The position numbers and the translations under genes were made by a program. Shown one piece after another: positions 10,924 through 20,900 of a stretch of 32,000 nucleotides of DNA. Below the pieces are notes generated by a model. It was not told the origin of the DNA. It saw only the letters and a program-made list of their open reading frames with translations, and did not search any database. The DNA is taken from positions 30,001 to 62,000 of the forward strand of contig BA000021.3 of assembly GCA_000008885.1 (NCBI GenBank), read 5' to 3'. The stretch comes from Wigglesworthia glossinidia endosymbiont of Glossina brevipalpis (GTDB taxonomy: Bacteria; Pseudomonadota; Gammaproteobacteria; Enterobacterales; Enterobacteriaceae). Position 1 is the stretch's first letter, and every line of letters begins with the position of its first letter.

Positions 10924-12081
10924 ATGTCAAATAAAGATGAATTAGAAAAACAAGAAGATCCAACTCCTAATCGTTTAAAGAAAGCACGTTCAAAAGGAAA
11001 CATACCCAGATCTAGAGAATTAACTTCTTTTTCCATATTAATATTTGGATGGATTTTGATATGGTTTACTGGAAATAATTTATTAGATAAAATAATAGTT
11101 GAACTGAAAAAAAATTTAAATTTTAAATTATATTTATATGAACATATTAATTATATATTAGTAAATATATATTTAATATCAAAAAAATTTTTTTTTATTA
11201 TTTTCCCAATAATTTTTATAATTATGATTATCACTATTATATCTTCGGGTTTATTAGGAGGATGGGTTTTTTCTAAAAAATCATTGAATATTGATTTTTC
11301 AAGATTAAATCCATATAAAAATATTTCTCGTATATTTTCTAAAAATGTTTTTATTGAAATGGCAAAAACTTTATTTAAATTTTTTTTTATGTTATTTTCT
11401 TGCATATTTTATCTATGGCATACAAGATTTCAAATTTCTGATTTATCTGATAACAATTATTCTAATGCAATTAAAAATTGCATATTAATAATTTCAAAAT
11501 GTGTATTTGTAATTATTTTAAGTTCAATTCCAATTGTGTTTTTTGATTCTATATTTCAATTATTTACATTTAAAAAAAATTTGAGAATGTCTAAAAAAGA
11601 AGTTCAGGATGAAAACAAAGAAAATGAAGGAAATCCTCAATTAAAACATTACATAAGAAAAAAACAAAGACATATATATAATATGCGTATGATGCAAAAT
11701 GTTGAAAAATCAGATGTTATAATCGTAAATCCAACTAATTATGCTGTCGGTTTGAAATACGAAAAGAACATGAAAGCACCAGTTTTATTGGCAAAAGGAA
11801 CAGGTAATATTGCAATTAAAATAAAAGAAAAAGCTCAAGAAAAATTTATCCCAATAATAGCAGTTCCACCTTTAGCAAGAGCAATATATAAATATTGTAA
11901 TATAGGAGAATACATACCTATAGAATTATATGAATCAGTAGCAGAAATATTAACTTGGGTTTATAACTTAAAAAATTGGAAAAAATTAGGAGGAAATCCT
12001 CCTAAAAAACCTATTGGAATTAAAATTCCAAATTATATTAATAAAAGAAAAAAACGGAACATTGTTGATGAATCAAAATAA
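10924..12081 (+). CDS. flhB: Flagellar type III export switch protein FlhB
   Basis: 385 aa; EDPTPNRLKKARSKGNIPRSRELTS, GGWVFSKKSL, MSKKEVQDENKENEGNP, autocleavage-site region VNPTNYAVGLKY, PPLARAIYK. Confidence 0.96.
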   Translation: MSNKDELEKQEDPTPNRLKKARSKGNIPRSRELTSFSILIFGWILIWFTGNNLLDKIIVELKKNLNFKLYLYEHINYILVNIYLISKKFFFIIFPIIFIIMIITIISSGLLGGWVFSKKSLNIDFSRLNPYKNISRIFSKNVFIEMAKTLFKFFFMLFSCIFYLWHTRFQISDLSDNNYSNAIKNCILIISKCVFVIILSSIPIVFFDSIFQLFTFKKNLRMSKKEVQDENKENEGNPQLKHYIRKKQRHIYNMRMMQNVEKSDVIIVNPTNYAVGLKYEKNMKAPVLLAKGTGNIAIKIKEKAQEKFIPIIAVPPLARAIYKYCNIGEYIPIELYESVAEILTWVYNLKNWKKLGGNPPKKPIGIKIPNYINKRKKRNIVDESK

Positions 12082-14200
12082 TAAAATATTAAATACATTA
12101 GAAAATATACTAGGAAATACAAAATACAAAATACTTGCAGGACCAATAATAATATTTTTGATCTTATCAATGATGATTTTGCCACTTCCTCCTTTCATTT
12201 TAGATTTACTTTTTGCATTTAATATATCGTTTTCTATTATTATATTGTTGATTTCAATGTTTACTAAAAAAACTTTAGATTTTATAGTTTTTCCAACAAT
12301 ATTGTTATTTTCGACTCTTTTAAGACTTGCTTTAAATGTTGCATCGGCTAGAATAATTTTATTAAATGGACATCATGGGAATTCTTCTGCAGGTAAAATA
12401 ATAGATGCTTTTGGAAATTTTTTAGTAGGTGGGAATTTTGCCGTAGGAATTATTATTTTTTCTATGCTAGTTATAATAAATTTTATGGTAATTACAAAAG
12501 GAGCTGTACGTATAGCAGAAGTAGGAGCAAGGTTTATTTTAGATGGAATGCCTGGAAAGCAAATGGCAATTGATGCTGATTTAAATTCAGGAATAATAGG
12601 AGAAAAAGAAGCAAAAAAAAGAAGAAGAGAAGTATCACAAGAATCTGATTTTTATGGATCGATGGATGGTGCTAGTAAATTCGTAAGAGGTGATGCTGTA
12701 GCAGGAATATTAATTATGATAATTAATTTAATAGGAGGTTTATTAATTGGCGTAATACAACATGATATGGATTTGAGTATTGCTGGAAAAACTTACACTG
12801 TATTAACAATAGGAGATGGTCTTGTAGCTCAAATACCAGCATTAATCATATCTACAGCAGCTGGAGTTATCGTTACCAGGGTAAGTACAAACCAGGACGT
12901 AGGAGAACAGATAGTTAATCAACTATTTAATAATTCAAAGGCAACTTTTTTATCAGCTTTTATAATAGGTATGTTAGGAATAATACCTGGAATGCCAAAT
13001 ATAGTATTTTTATTTTTTTCTTCTTTATTATTTTTTATAACTTGGACAATATATAATAAATCAAATAATGAAGAATTAAATGAAAATATTTCTAAAAATT
13101 TAAATAATAATAATTTTAAATTAAACGAAAAAAACTATAAAGAAGCTACATGGAATGACGTACATCAAGAAGATGTTCTAGGTTTAGAAGTAGGATATAA
13201 GTTAATATCTATGGTAGATGATTCTCAAAATAACGGAGAACTAATAAAAAGAATAAGAGGTATTAGAAAACAATTTGCAAGAGAAATGGGGTTTTTGCCA
13301 CCAGTAGTTCATATAAGAGATAATCTAGAAATTTCTCCAATTCATTATTGTATTTTTCTTAATGGAGTGGAAATTGGATTTGGAGATGTGCATCCAGAAA
13401 AATTAATGGCGATAAATCCAGGAAACATTAAAATTAAGATTAATGGAAATTATTGTAATGAACCAGCTTTTGGTCTTTCTGCTGTATGGATTGAAAAAAT
13501 TAACAAAGAACAAGCCATAACTATAGGTTATACAGTTGTAGATTCAAGCACTGTAATAGCAACTCATATTCATTCTATGTTAATTAAATATGCTGGAGAT
13601 ATATTTGGAAGACAAGAAGCCCAAAATCTACTAGAACATACTAGAAAAATTACTCCAAAATTAATAGATGGATTAATACCAGAAATATTATCATTAACAA
13701 CTTTTCATAAAGTTTTACAAAATTTGCTTTTAGAAAAAATCTCAATTAGAGACATAAGATCTATAATCGAATGCTTAGCTGAAAATTCTCCTCAGCAAAC
13801 TGACGTAGAATCCCTTACTAGCTTGGTTAGACAAAAATTAGGAAGAGCTATAACTCAAAATTTATTTCCAAAAAAAGTTTATAAAAACGAAATTAATGTT
13901 ATTGGACTAGACCCATCATCAGAGAAAATTTTAATTACTTCATTTCAAAGTGGAGGCTCTATCGAACCAAATATTTCAAATAACCTTATAGAAAATATAA
14001 AAACTGCATTAATAAAACAAGAGAAAATTAAATCTCCATTTGTATTAATAGTAAATCCAGTTATTAGGAGTATGATGTCAAAATTTTTAAAACATTTTTT
14101 CCCAAATTTAACTATATTGTCTAATTTAGAAATAATTGACGATCGACCTATTAAGTTTACTTCTATTATAAGTTGCAATGCTGTTAAAAATAATAATTAA
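12068..14200 (+). CDS. flhA: Flagellar type III export gate protein FlhA (the ORF track starts at TTG 12014; the ATG at 12068 is the more likely start)
   Basis: About 710 aa from the ATG at 12068; KILAGPIIIFLILSMMILPLPPFILDLLF, NFMVITKGAVRIAEVGARFILDGMPGKQMAIDADLNSG, FYGSMDGASKFVRGDAVAG, ISTAAGVIVTRVS; C-terminal cytoplasmic domain present. Confidence 0.96.
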   Translation: MNQNNKILNTLENILGNTKYKILAGPIIIFLILSMMILPLPPFILDLLFAFNISFSIIILLISMFTKKTLDFIVFPTILLFSTLLRLALNVASARIILLNGHHGNSSAGKIIDAFGNFLVGGNFAVGIIIFSMLVIINFMVITKGAVRIAEVGARFILDGMPGKQMAIDADLNSGIIGEKEAKKRRREVSQESDFYGSMDGASKFVRGDAVAGILIMIINLIGGLLIGVIQHDMDLSIAGKTYTVLTIGDGLVAQIPALIISTAAGVIVTRVSTNQDVGEQIVNQLFNNSKATFLSAFIIGMLGIIPGMPNIVFLFFSSLLFFITWTIYNKSNNEELNENISKNLNNNNFKLNEKNYKEATWNDVHQEDVLGLEVGYKLISMVDDSQNNGELIKRIRGIRKQFAREMGFLPPVVHIRDNLEISPIHYCIFLNGVEIGFGDVHPEKLMAINPGNIKIKINGNYCNEPAFGLSAVWIEKINKEQAITIGYTVVDSSTVIATHIHSMLIKYAGDIFGRQEAQNLLEHTRKITPKLIDGLIPEILSLTTFHKVLQNLLLEKISIRDIRSIIECLAENSPQQTDVESLTSLVRQKLGRAITQNLFPKKVYKNEINVIGLDPSSEKILITSFQSGGSIEPNISNNLIENIKTALIKQEKIKSPFVLIVNPVIRSMMSKFLKHFFPNLTILSNLEIIDDRPIKFTSIISCNAVKNNN

Positions 14201-14652
14201 GCATTTATTTTAAAATTTTTTTTAAAAAATTTATAAGTATTTCCGTCTTCACGGTAAATTATTTCTTCAGATAGATATTTTTTCAAAATATTTTGTATAG
14301 ATAAAATATGACGCATTTGCAATTTTATTTGCGTATTATTTTTTTCGTTCTTTTCAAACAATATCTTTGTTATTTTTTGTATTTTAATCCATATCGATCT
14401 CAAATTTTCATGTTCTTCGTATGGACAATTTATTTTTAATGCGCTTTCTAAATATATACGTTTTTTATCAAAAAAATTTGATTCTTTTATTAATTTATAT
14501 TTATTTTCCGTAATAGATTGTATCTTTAAATACGACAAAGGAGTTATAGATAATAATTTAAATTCTAAATTTAATGTTTTTTCTAATTCATTCAATGTTA
14601 ATAAGATTTTGTTTAATACTTCTTCTATTTTTATAAAATTTTTATTTTTCAT
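14197..14652 (-). CDS. flgN: Flagella synthesis protein FlgN (chaperone for FlgK/FlgL)
   Basis: 151 aa, predicted mostly helical, divergent; C-terminal YREDGNTYKF resembles the LYGANGQT motif of FlgN; located next to flgA as in enterics. Assignment mostly by synteny plus weak similarity. Confidence 0.75.
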   Translation of the reverse strand: MKNKNFIKIEEVLNKILLTLNELEKTLNLEFKLLSITPLSYLKIQSITENKYKLIKESNFFDKKRIYLESALKINCPYEEHENLRSIWIKIQKITKILFEKNEKNNTQIKLQMRHILSIQNILKKYLSEEIIYREDGNTYKFFKKNFKINA

Positions 14653-14780
14653 TTTTATTTTATTTTTTCATTTTTATTATTAATAATTTAATACGTTAAC
14701 ATTAATTAATTATGTTTAAACTTTTTAGATTATTAGGGGTTTAAAAAAAAAAATTTAATTTTATTATTTTTTATTAAAAA

Positions 14781-15458
14781 TTATTTTATATAAAAAACTA
14801 ATGCTTCATTTTTATTAAGCACTCCTTGAAAAATTTTTCCAGATGGTAATTTTACTTTCACTATATCTTCAATTGTATAATTCCTTATAGAAATTCCAAA
14901 ACATTTTATTGTGAATCCATTTCCAACAAAAATTACTGGAACTTTATCTCCCTGTCTTATTATCCAAGGTGATTTTAACATACTTGTAGTTATTGGTTGT
15001 CCAATTCCTATAGATATAGTAGAAATTTTTCCTGAAATTTTTTGATTAGATAAAATTATGTTTTGAGGTATATTTTTGGTATTTCCGTAAACTATTTTTA
15101 TATCCTTTTCTGAAATAATAGTTCCTGATCTGATTAATTTAGAAGCTACATAATATTCTGTATAGCTCTTAACAAAAATTTTAAGTAAATGTTCTTTTCC
15201 ATTGCATTCTGCCTTAATGTTTAATATTCCATAAAATTTAGTATAATTTGTTAGAATAAATTTTGGATTTGAACAAAGCTTATCTAAATTTTTTGGAAAA
15301 ATTAAATTAACTTTATAGAATATTATATTTTCGTGTTGTATATTCAAAAACTTTTCTATTTTTGATACAAAAGAATTTAAATCCTCAGATATAGCACAAA
15401 AAGAAATTAATAAATTTAATTGTATTATTAAAAATAATTTTTTAATTTTTTTTATCAT
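14781..15458 (-). CDS. flgA: Flagella basal body P-ring formation chaperone FlgA (SAF domain)
   Basis: 225 aa with signal peptide; EYYVASKLIRSGTIISEKDI, GQPITTSMLKSPWIIRQGDKVPVIFVGNGFTIKCFGISI; divergent from flgB as in enterics. Confidence 0.92.
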   Translation of the reverse strand: MIKKIKKLFLIIQLNLLISFCAISEDLNSFVSKIEKFLNIQHENIIFYKVNLIFPKNLDKLCSNPKFILTNYTKFYGILNIKAECNGKEHLLKIFVKSYTEYYVASKLIRSGTIISEKDIKIVYGNTKNIPQNIILSNQKISGKISTISIGIGQPITTSMLKSPWIIRQGDKVPVIFVGNGFTIKCFGISIRNYTIEDIVKVKLPSGKIFQGVLNKNEALVFYIK

Positions 15459-15616
15459 AAAAATTATTATAAATTTTATATATTTTATATTTAAATAAAT
15501 AAATATTATAAATAAAATAATAAGCTTAAATAAGCAAAAAATATAATGTTATTTTATCTATTAAAAACGTGCTGTAACAATTAGCATAATAATATATATA
15601 AATTATAAAAAAAAAC
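15459..15616. promoter_or_regulatory. Divergent flgA / flgB intergenic region, presumed bidirectional class-II flagellar control region
   Basis: 158 bp between divergently oriented flgA and flgBCDEFGHIJKL; contains a locally less AT-rich patch aaaacgtgctgtaacaattagc followed by AT-rich sequence. No site confirmed. Confidence 0.4.
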
Positions 15617-16027
15617 ATGTTAGATAAATTAGATCATTATTTCAATTTTCAAAAAGCAGCAACTAACATTTTTGCAAATAGGCAAGCAATAATTTCATCA
15701 AATATTGCAAATGCAGATACTCCCAAATATCAATCAAGAGATATCGATTTTAAAAAATTACTAAAAAATTTTAACGAATTGGATAAAAATAAAAGAAATT
15801 TAAATTTAAAATTAACATCTAAAAAACATATAAATAAAAAAAATTTATTCACGTCATTAGGAAAATTACTTTATAGAGTTCCTATACAAGCATCCGCAGA
15901 TGGCAACACAGTAGATATGGATGTTGAAAGAATTAATTTTTTAGACAATAGTATTAAATATCATACTAGTGTATCAATTATTCATGGACAAATAAAAAAC
16001 ATGATGTCTGTTTTATATAAAGGGTGA
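15617..16027 (+). CDS. flgB: Flagellar proximal rod protein FlgB
   Basis: 136 aa; RQAIISSNIANADTPKYQSRDIDF; C-terminal coiled region; first gene of the flg run. Confidence 0.96.
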   Translation: MLDKLDHYFNFQKAATNIFANRQAIISSNIANADTPKYQSRDIDFKKLLKNFNELDKNKRNLNLKLTSKKHINKKNLFTSLGKLLYRVPIQASADGNTVDMDVERINFLDNSIKYHTSVSIIHGQIKNMMSVLYKG

Positions 16028-16030
16028 TTT

Positions 16031-16432
16031 ATGTCTTTATTAAATATATTTGATATTTCTGGATCTGCTTTAATAGCTCAATCTTGCAGATTAAATGTAA
16101 GTGCAAGCAATATGGCGAATGCAGAAAGTTTGAGCAATAATGGAAATCCATATTCATCTAAACAAGTTGTATTTAAACTTAATACAAATTTTGCTCAAGA
16201 AATAGGCGGGGTTAAAGTAAAAAAAATAATTGAAGATAAAACTCCTTGGAAAATTTTGTATGATCCAGGAAACCCACTTGCTGATAGCAAAGGTTATGTA
16301 AAATCTTCTAATGTAAATATGATATCAGAAATGATCAATACTATATCTTCATCTAGAAGTTATCAAGCAAATGTTGAAGTAATAAATACTGCAAGATCAA
16401 TGATATTAAAAACTTTAACTTTAGGCCAATAA
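16031..16432 (+). CDS. flgC: Flagellar proximal rod protein FlgC
   Basis: 133 aa; [73 protein letters not shown]. Confidence 0.97.
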   Translation: MSLLNIFDISGSALIAQSCRLNVSASNMANAESLSNNGNPYSSKQVVFKLNTNFAQEIGGVKVKKIIEDKTPWKILYDPGNPLADSKGYVKSSNVNMISEMINTISSSRSYQANVEVINTARSMILKTLTLGQ

Positions 16433-16484
16433 AATAAAAATTTATACTTTTTAAAAAATTAAAATTAATAAAAATTATTTAATA

Positions 16485-17324
16485 ATGAAAATTCCTATAT
16501 CAGATATTTCAAAAGAAAAAGATACTATCAATTTGAATAATCATATAAATCAAATTAATTTAAAAAAAAGAAACATTTTCCAAGAAAAGTTTTTTATTGA
16601 TAATACAGATGATATTAAAAAATATTCTAACGAATTAGAAAATAAAAAAAATGAAAAATTTTTTGAAGAAAACATAGAAAAAAAAAATATATTCAAAGAA
16701 ATAAATAATTCTAATAATTTACAATCTTTAACTGATAATTTCTTAAAAATGATATTAGTACAGATAAAAAATCAAGATCCAACTCATCCTATTGATAATA
16801 ATCATCTTACTACTCAAATGACACAAATGCATACCGCATTAGGAATAGAGAAATTAAATAAATCAATCCAAGAAATAAAACAAACCATGAATAATTCGCA
16901 GTATATAAATTTATCTAATTGGATAGGTAAAACAGTTATGATTGAAGGAAATCCTATAATTTCATTTAACGGAAATACAAATTATGGATTTCAACTTTCT
17001 ACAAAATCTGATAACGTATTTTTAACTTTAACAGATTTAGAAGGAAATATATATAAAGAACAATTTAAAAATTTAAAATCAGGAGTTTATAAATTAAATA
17101 TAAAAAATGCTAATACTAATCCTGCAATAAATGAAAATTTTCCAGAAAGTAGAAAAACATTCAAAGTTAACTTTGAAGCAATAAATAATGATGGAAATCG
17201 TCCTGATATACGATCTTTAAAATCAGAAACAATTAATAATGTAATTTTTAAAAATGGATCTTCTAAGTTATCTTTAGGTAGAGGAAAATTAATTGATTTT
17301 ACAGAAGTAATATCAATAGAATAA
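16485..17324 (+). CDS. flgD: Flagellar hook assembly (cap) protein FlgD
   Basis: 279 aa; FLKMILVQIKNQDPTHPIDNNHLTTQMTQMHTALGIEKLN, FKVNFEAINNDGNRPDI; between flgC and flgE. Confidence 0.94.
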   Translation: MKIPISDISKEKDTINLNNHINQINLKKRNIFQEKFFIDNTDDIKKYSNELENKKNEKFFEENIEKKNIFKEINNSNNLQSLTDNFLKMILVQIKNQDPTHPIDNNHLTTQMTQMHTALGIEKLNKSIQEIKQTMNNSQYINLSNWIGKTVMIEGNPIISFNGNTNYGFQLSTKSDNVFLTLTDLEGNIYKEQFKNLKSGVYKLNIKNANTNPAINENFPESRKTFKVNFEAINNDGNRPDIRSLKSETINNVIFKNGSSKLSLGRGKLIDFTEVISIE

Positions 17325-17375
17325 AAATTTATTTTTTAAGTATAACTTATATAATTAAAGGTTGAAAATTAAATT

Positions 17376-18608
17376 ATGAGCTTTATTCAAGGAATAAACG
17401 GAATTAACTCAGCCGCACAGGCTTTAGATGTAATTGGAAATAATATTGCAAATTCTCAAACTATAGGATTTAAATCTTCTTACGTATCATTTTCAGATAT
17501 ATTTTCAGGATCTATGGTAGGTTTAGGATCTCAATTATCAAATGTAACACAAAACTTTGCAAGTGGATCTATGGTTACTGGATCAAAAAATCTTGATATG
17601 GCTATTTCTGGAAATGGTTTTTTTAGACTATCTGATTCAGGAGGTAAAATTTATTTCACAAGGAATGGAGAATTCAAGCTAAATTCTCATAGACAAATTG
17701 TAAATTTACAAAATAAATTTCTTACTGGATACCAAGCAAGAGGTAATCCTCCGTCTATAGACTCTGGATCTTCAATAGAAAATATTATTATTCCTAGTAC
17801 TTCTATGAATCCAGTTGTTTCTACAGAAGGGGAAATACATGGAAATTTAAAATCTGACGTTGATGTTCCTAAAAATTCAATTTTTAATATTAAGAATCCA
17901 AAAAGTTATAATTTTACTACTCAATTAGAAGCATATGATAGTTTAGGCAAAAAGCATGTAATTAAAATTTTTTTTGTAAAGCAAGAAGCTCAAGGAAATT
18001 GGATGGTTCATGGATACGATGAAACATCACCTATTGTTGATGACAGTAAAAATATTAAAACTAATCCTATTTTAATTTCATTTGATGAAAATGGTAATTT
18101 AAAAAAATCAGAAAATAGCAATAAATATATTAGTATTGATGGATCTAGCCTAGATGGATCCGATCCATTAAAAGTAGAAATAAATTTAGAGGAGATGACT
18201 CAATACAGCTCAGATAATCAAATAAATTATCAAAAAATAAATGGGCATGGTGTAGGGAAATTTAATGATTATAATGTTAGCGATTCAGGAAAAATAATTG
18301 CTAATTATAGCAACGGACAAACTCAATTAATAGCTCAAATAGCAATGGCTAACTTTACAAACAACTTAGGTCTAACTCCTAATGGAGAAAATTGTTGGTT
18401 GGAAAGTGCAGAATCTGGACCTGCAATTATTGGATTGTCAGAAACAGGAAGTTTTGGAAGAATATCTGGGCAAAAATTAGAATCATCTAATGTAGATATT
18501 AGCAATGAATTAGTTAAAATGATGACTCAACAAAGCAATTATCAATCTAATGCTCAAACAATTAAAACTCAAGATCAACTTCTTCAAATTCTTGTTAACA
18601 TGAAATAA
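17376..18608 (+). CDS. flgE: Flagellar hook protein FlgE
   Basis: 410 aa; N-terminal INGINSAAQALDVIGNNIANSQTIGFKSS and C-terminal SNVDISNELVKMMTQQSNYQSNAQTIKTQDQLLQILVNM. Confidence 0.97.
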   Translation: MSFIQGINGINSAAQALDVIGNNIANSQTIGFKSSYVSFSDIFSGSMVGLGSQLSNVTQNFASGSMVTGSKNLDMAISGNGFFRLSDSGGKIYFTRNGEFKLNSHRQIVNLQNKFLTGYQARGNPPSIDSGSSIENIIIPSTSMNPVVSTEGEIHGNLKSDVDVPKNSIFNIKNPKSYNFTTQLEAYDSLGKKHVIKIFFVKQEAQGNWMVHGYDETSPIVDDSKNIKTNPILISFDENGNLKKSENSNKYISIDGSSLDGSDPLKVEINLEEMTQYSSDNQINYQKINGHGVGKFNDYNVSDSGKIIANYSNGQTQLIAQIAMANFTNNLGLTPNGENCWLESAESGPAIIGLSETGSFGRISGQKLESSNVDISNELVKMMTQQSNYQSNAQTIKTQDQLLQILVNMK

Positions 18609-18618
18609 AAGGATATAT

Positions 18619-19359
18619 ATGGATAAAGCAATTTACACAGCTATGAACGCAGCAATATCATATGCTGATAGACATAGCATTAATGCAAACAATTTATCTA
18701 ACATTTCTACTTCTGGTTTTAAATTTCATATTCCATCTTCTAAATATATAACAGTAAGAGGAGATTCTTTTATTACTAGAGTTTTTCCAACTGCAACTAC
18801 ATCAACCCATAATAAAAATCCTGGAAATGTAAACTATAGCGGAAATAATTTAGACGTAGCTATATTAGGAGAAGGATGGTTAGCAATACAATTAGAAGAT
18901 GGATCTGAAGGATATACTAAAAACGGTCATATTAAAATAAATGAAGAAGGCAAATTAACAATTAAAAATTTTCCAGTTATTGGATCAGAAAATGGAGCGT
19001 TAGAAGTAACACCTGGATCAGATTTGACAATAAGTAGTGATGGAACAATTTCTGCTATTGGACCAGGAGAAAGCTCAAAATCAATAACTTCTGTAGGAAA
19101 ATTAAAATTAGCAAAATCAGATTTAAATGATTTAGAATTAAACGAAAATGGAATTTTTATATCTAAAAACAATAAAATATTACAATCTGACGAATCAATA
19201 AGGTTGATTCCAAATGCATTTGAGGAAAGTAATGTTAGCGCTGTTGATTCTATAATTAAAATAATAGATGATTCTAGAAATTTTGAAATGCAAATGAAAT
19301 TAATTAGTAATATAAGCGAAAATTCCAAAATATCAAATCAAATTCTAACAATTAATTAA
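18619..19359 (+). CDS. flgF: Flagellar basal-body rod protein FlgF
   Basis: 246 aa; [66 protein letters not shown]. Confidence 0.95.
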   Translation: MDKAIYTAMNAAISYADRHSINANNLSNISTSGFKFHIPSSKYITVRGDSFITRVFPTATTSTHNKNPGNVNYSGNNLDVAILGEGWLAIQLEDGSEGYTKNGHIKINEEGKLTIKNFPVIGSENGALEVTPGSDLTISSDGTISAIGPGESSKSITSVGKLKLAKSDLNDLELNENGIFISKNNKILQSDESIRLIPNAFEESNVSAVDSIIKIIDDSRNFEMQMKLISNISENSKISNQILTIN

Positions 19360-19375
19360 AATTTGGAGAGAAATT

Positions 19376-20158
19376 ATGATTCGATCTTTAGCTATTGCTA
19401 AAACTGGTTTGGAGGCTCAACAAATAAATATGGATGTTATTTCAAATAACATCTCTAATGTATCTACTAATGGATTTAAAAGACAAAAAGCTATATTTGA
19501 AGATTTATTATATCAAACAATTAGACAACCAGGAGCAAAATCTTCAGAACAAACTATTTTACCATCAGGTTTGCAATTAGGAACTGGAGTAAATTCTTCT
19601 GCTACTATTAAAATACATTTACAAGGTGGACTTACTAATACAGGAAATGAAACTGATATTGCAATACAAGGGCCAGGATTTTTTCAAGTATTAATGTCAG
19701 ATGGAACAAATATGTATACTAGAAATGGATCGTTTCAGCTTGATCAATATGGACAGTTAGTAACATCTAATGGATATCCTGTTCAGCCATCTATCACAAT
19801 ACCTAATGGATCGTCTAATTTAACAATAAGTAAAGATGGAATAGTAAGTGTAATGGTCCCAGGGCAAACTCAACCACAAGAAGTTGGTCAACTTACAATA
19901 TCTACTTTTATTAATTCATCCGGACTAGAAAGTGCAGGAGAAAGTTTATACAAAGAAACTCAATCTTCAGGATCTCCCGCAGATAATACTCCAGGAATGA
20001 ATGGTGCAGGATCTTTAAAACAAAAATTTGTAGAAAATTCTAATGTAAATATTGCAGAAGAATTAATTACTATGATTCAAACACAAAGAGCTTATGAATT
20101 AAATAGTAAAGTAATTTCAACTTCCGATCAAATGTTACAACGTTTATCACAATTGTAA
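19376..20158 (+). CDS. flgG: Flagellar distal rod protein FlgG
   Basis: 260 aa; [47 protein letters not shown] ... [35 protein letters not shown]. Confidence 0.98.
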   Translation: MIRSLAIAKTGLEAQQINMDVISNNISNVSTNGFKRQKAIFEDLLYQTIRQPGAKSSEQTILPSGLQLGTGVNSSATIKIHLQGGLTNTGNETDIAIQGPGFFQVLMSDGTNMYTRNGSFQLDQYGQLVTSNGYPVQPSITIPNGSSNLTISKDGIVSVMVPGQTQPQEVGQLTISTFINSSGLESAGESLYKETQSSGSPADNTPGMNGAGSLKQKFVENSNVNIAEELITMIQTQRAYELNSKVISTSDQMLQRLSQL

Positions 20159-20204
20159 ATTAAAAATTTAAATTGATTTTATAATTTTATTATTAGGTAA
20201 TAAA

Positions 20205-20891
20205 ATGCATTATTTGCGCTATTTTGCAATAGCTTTTTTACTTTTATTAAGTAGTTGTTCTGTAACAAGACATAAACCATTAATAGAAGGATCTACTACA
20301 ACAATTCCAAACACGCCTTCTTCAAATTTTATAAATGGATCTATTTTTCAGCAAGATAATAGTCTTTATTATGGATATCAACCTCTTTTCGAAGATAGAA
20401 GACCTAAAAATATTGGAGATATATTAACAGTATTATTACAAGAAAATGTTAGCGCAAGTAAAAGTTCTTCATCAAATGCAAGTAGAAAGAGTAATGCTAA
20501 TTTAGAAATGAATGCATTACCTAAAATAATAAATAAAATTATTGGAAATGATCAATTATCTACAGACATAAACAGCAACAATGGCTTTAATGGTAAAGGA
20601 GGATCTTCTGCGGCTAATACTTTTAGTGGAACAATTACTGTAACTGTAATAGACATTTTAACAAATGGTAATCTAAAAGTTATTGGGGAAAAAAAAATTT
20701 CTATAAATCAAGGAACAGAATCTATTAGATTTTATGGAATAGTTAATCCAAAAACAATTGATCACAATAACCAAGTTATGTCTAATTTAATATCTGATTC
20801 TAAAATAGAATATATTGGAGATGGATATATAAATGAAGTTCAAAAAATGAATTGGCTACAAAGACTTTTCTTAAATTACTTTCCGTTTTAA
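20205..20891 (+). CDS. flgH: Flagellar L-ring lipoprotein FlgH
   Basis: 228 aa; lipobox LLLLSSCS, NIGDILTVLLQENVSASKSSSSNASR, WLQRLFLNYFPF. Confidence 0.96.
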   Translation: MHYLRYFAIAFLLLLSSCSVTRHKPLIEGSTTTIPNTPSSNFINGSIFQQDNSLYYGYQPLFEDRRPKNIGDILTVLLQENVSASKSSSSNASRKSNANLEMNALPKIINKIIGNDQLSTDINSNNGFNGKGGSSAANTFSGTITVTVIDILTNGNLKVIGEKKISINQGTESIRFYGIVNPKTIDHNNQVMSNLISDSKIEYIGDGYINEVQKMNWLQRLFLNYFPF

Positions 20892-20900
20892 GGATAAAAT

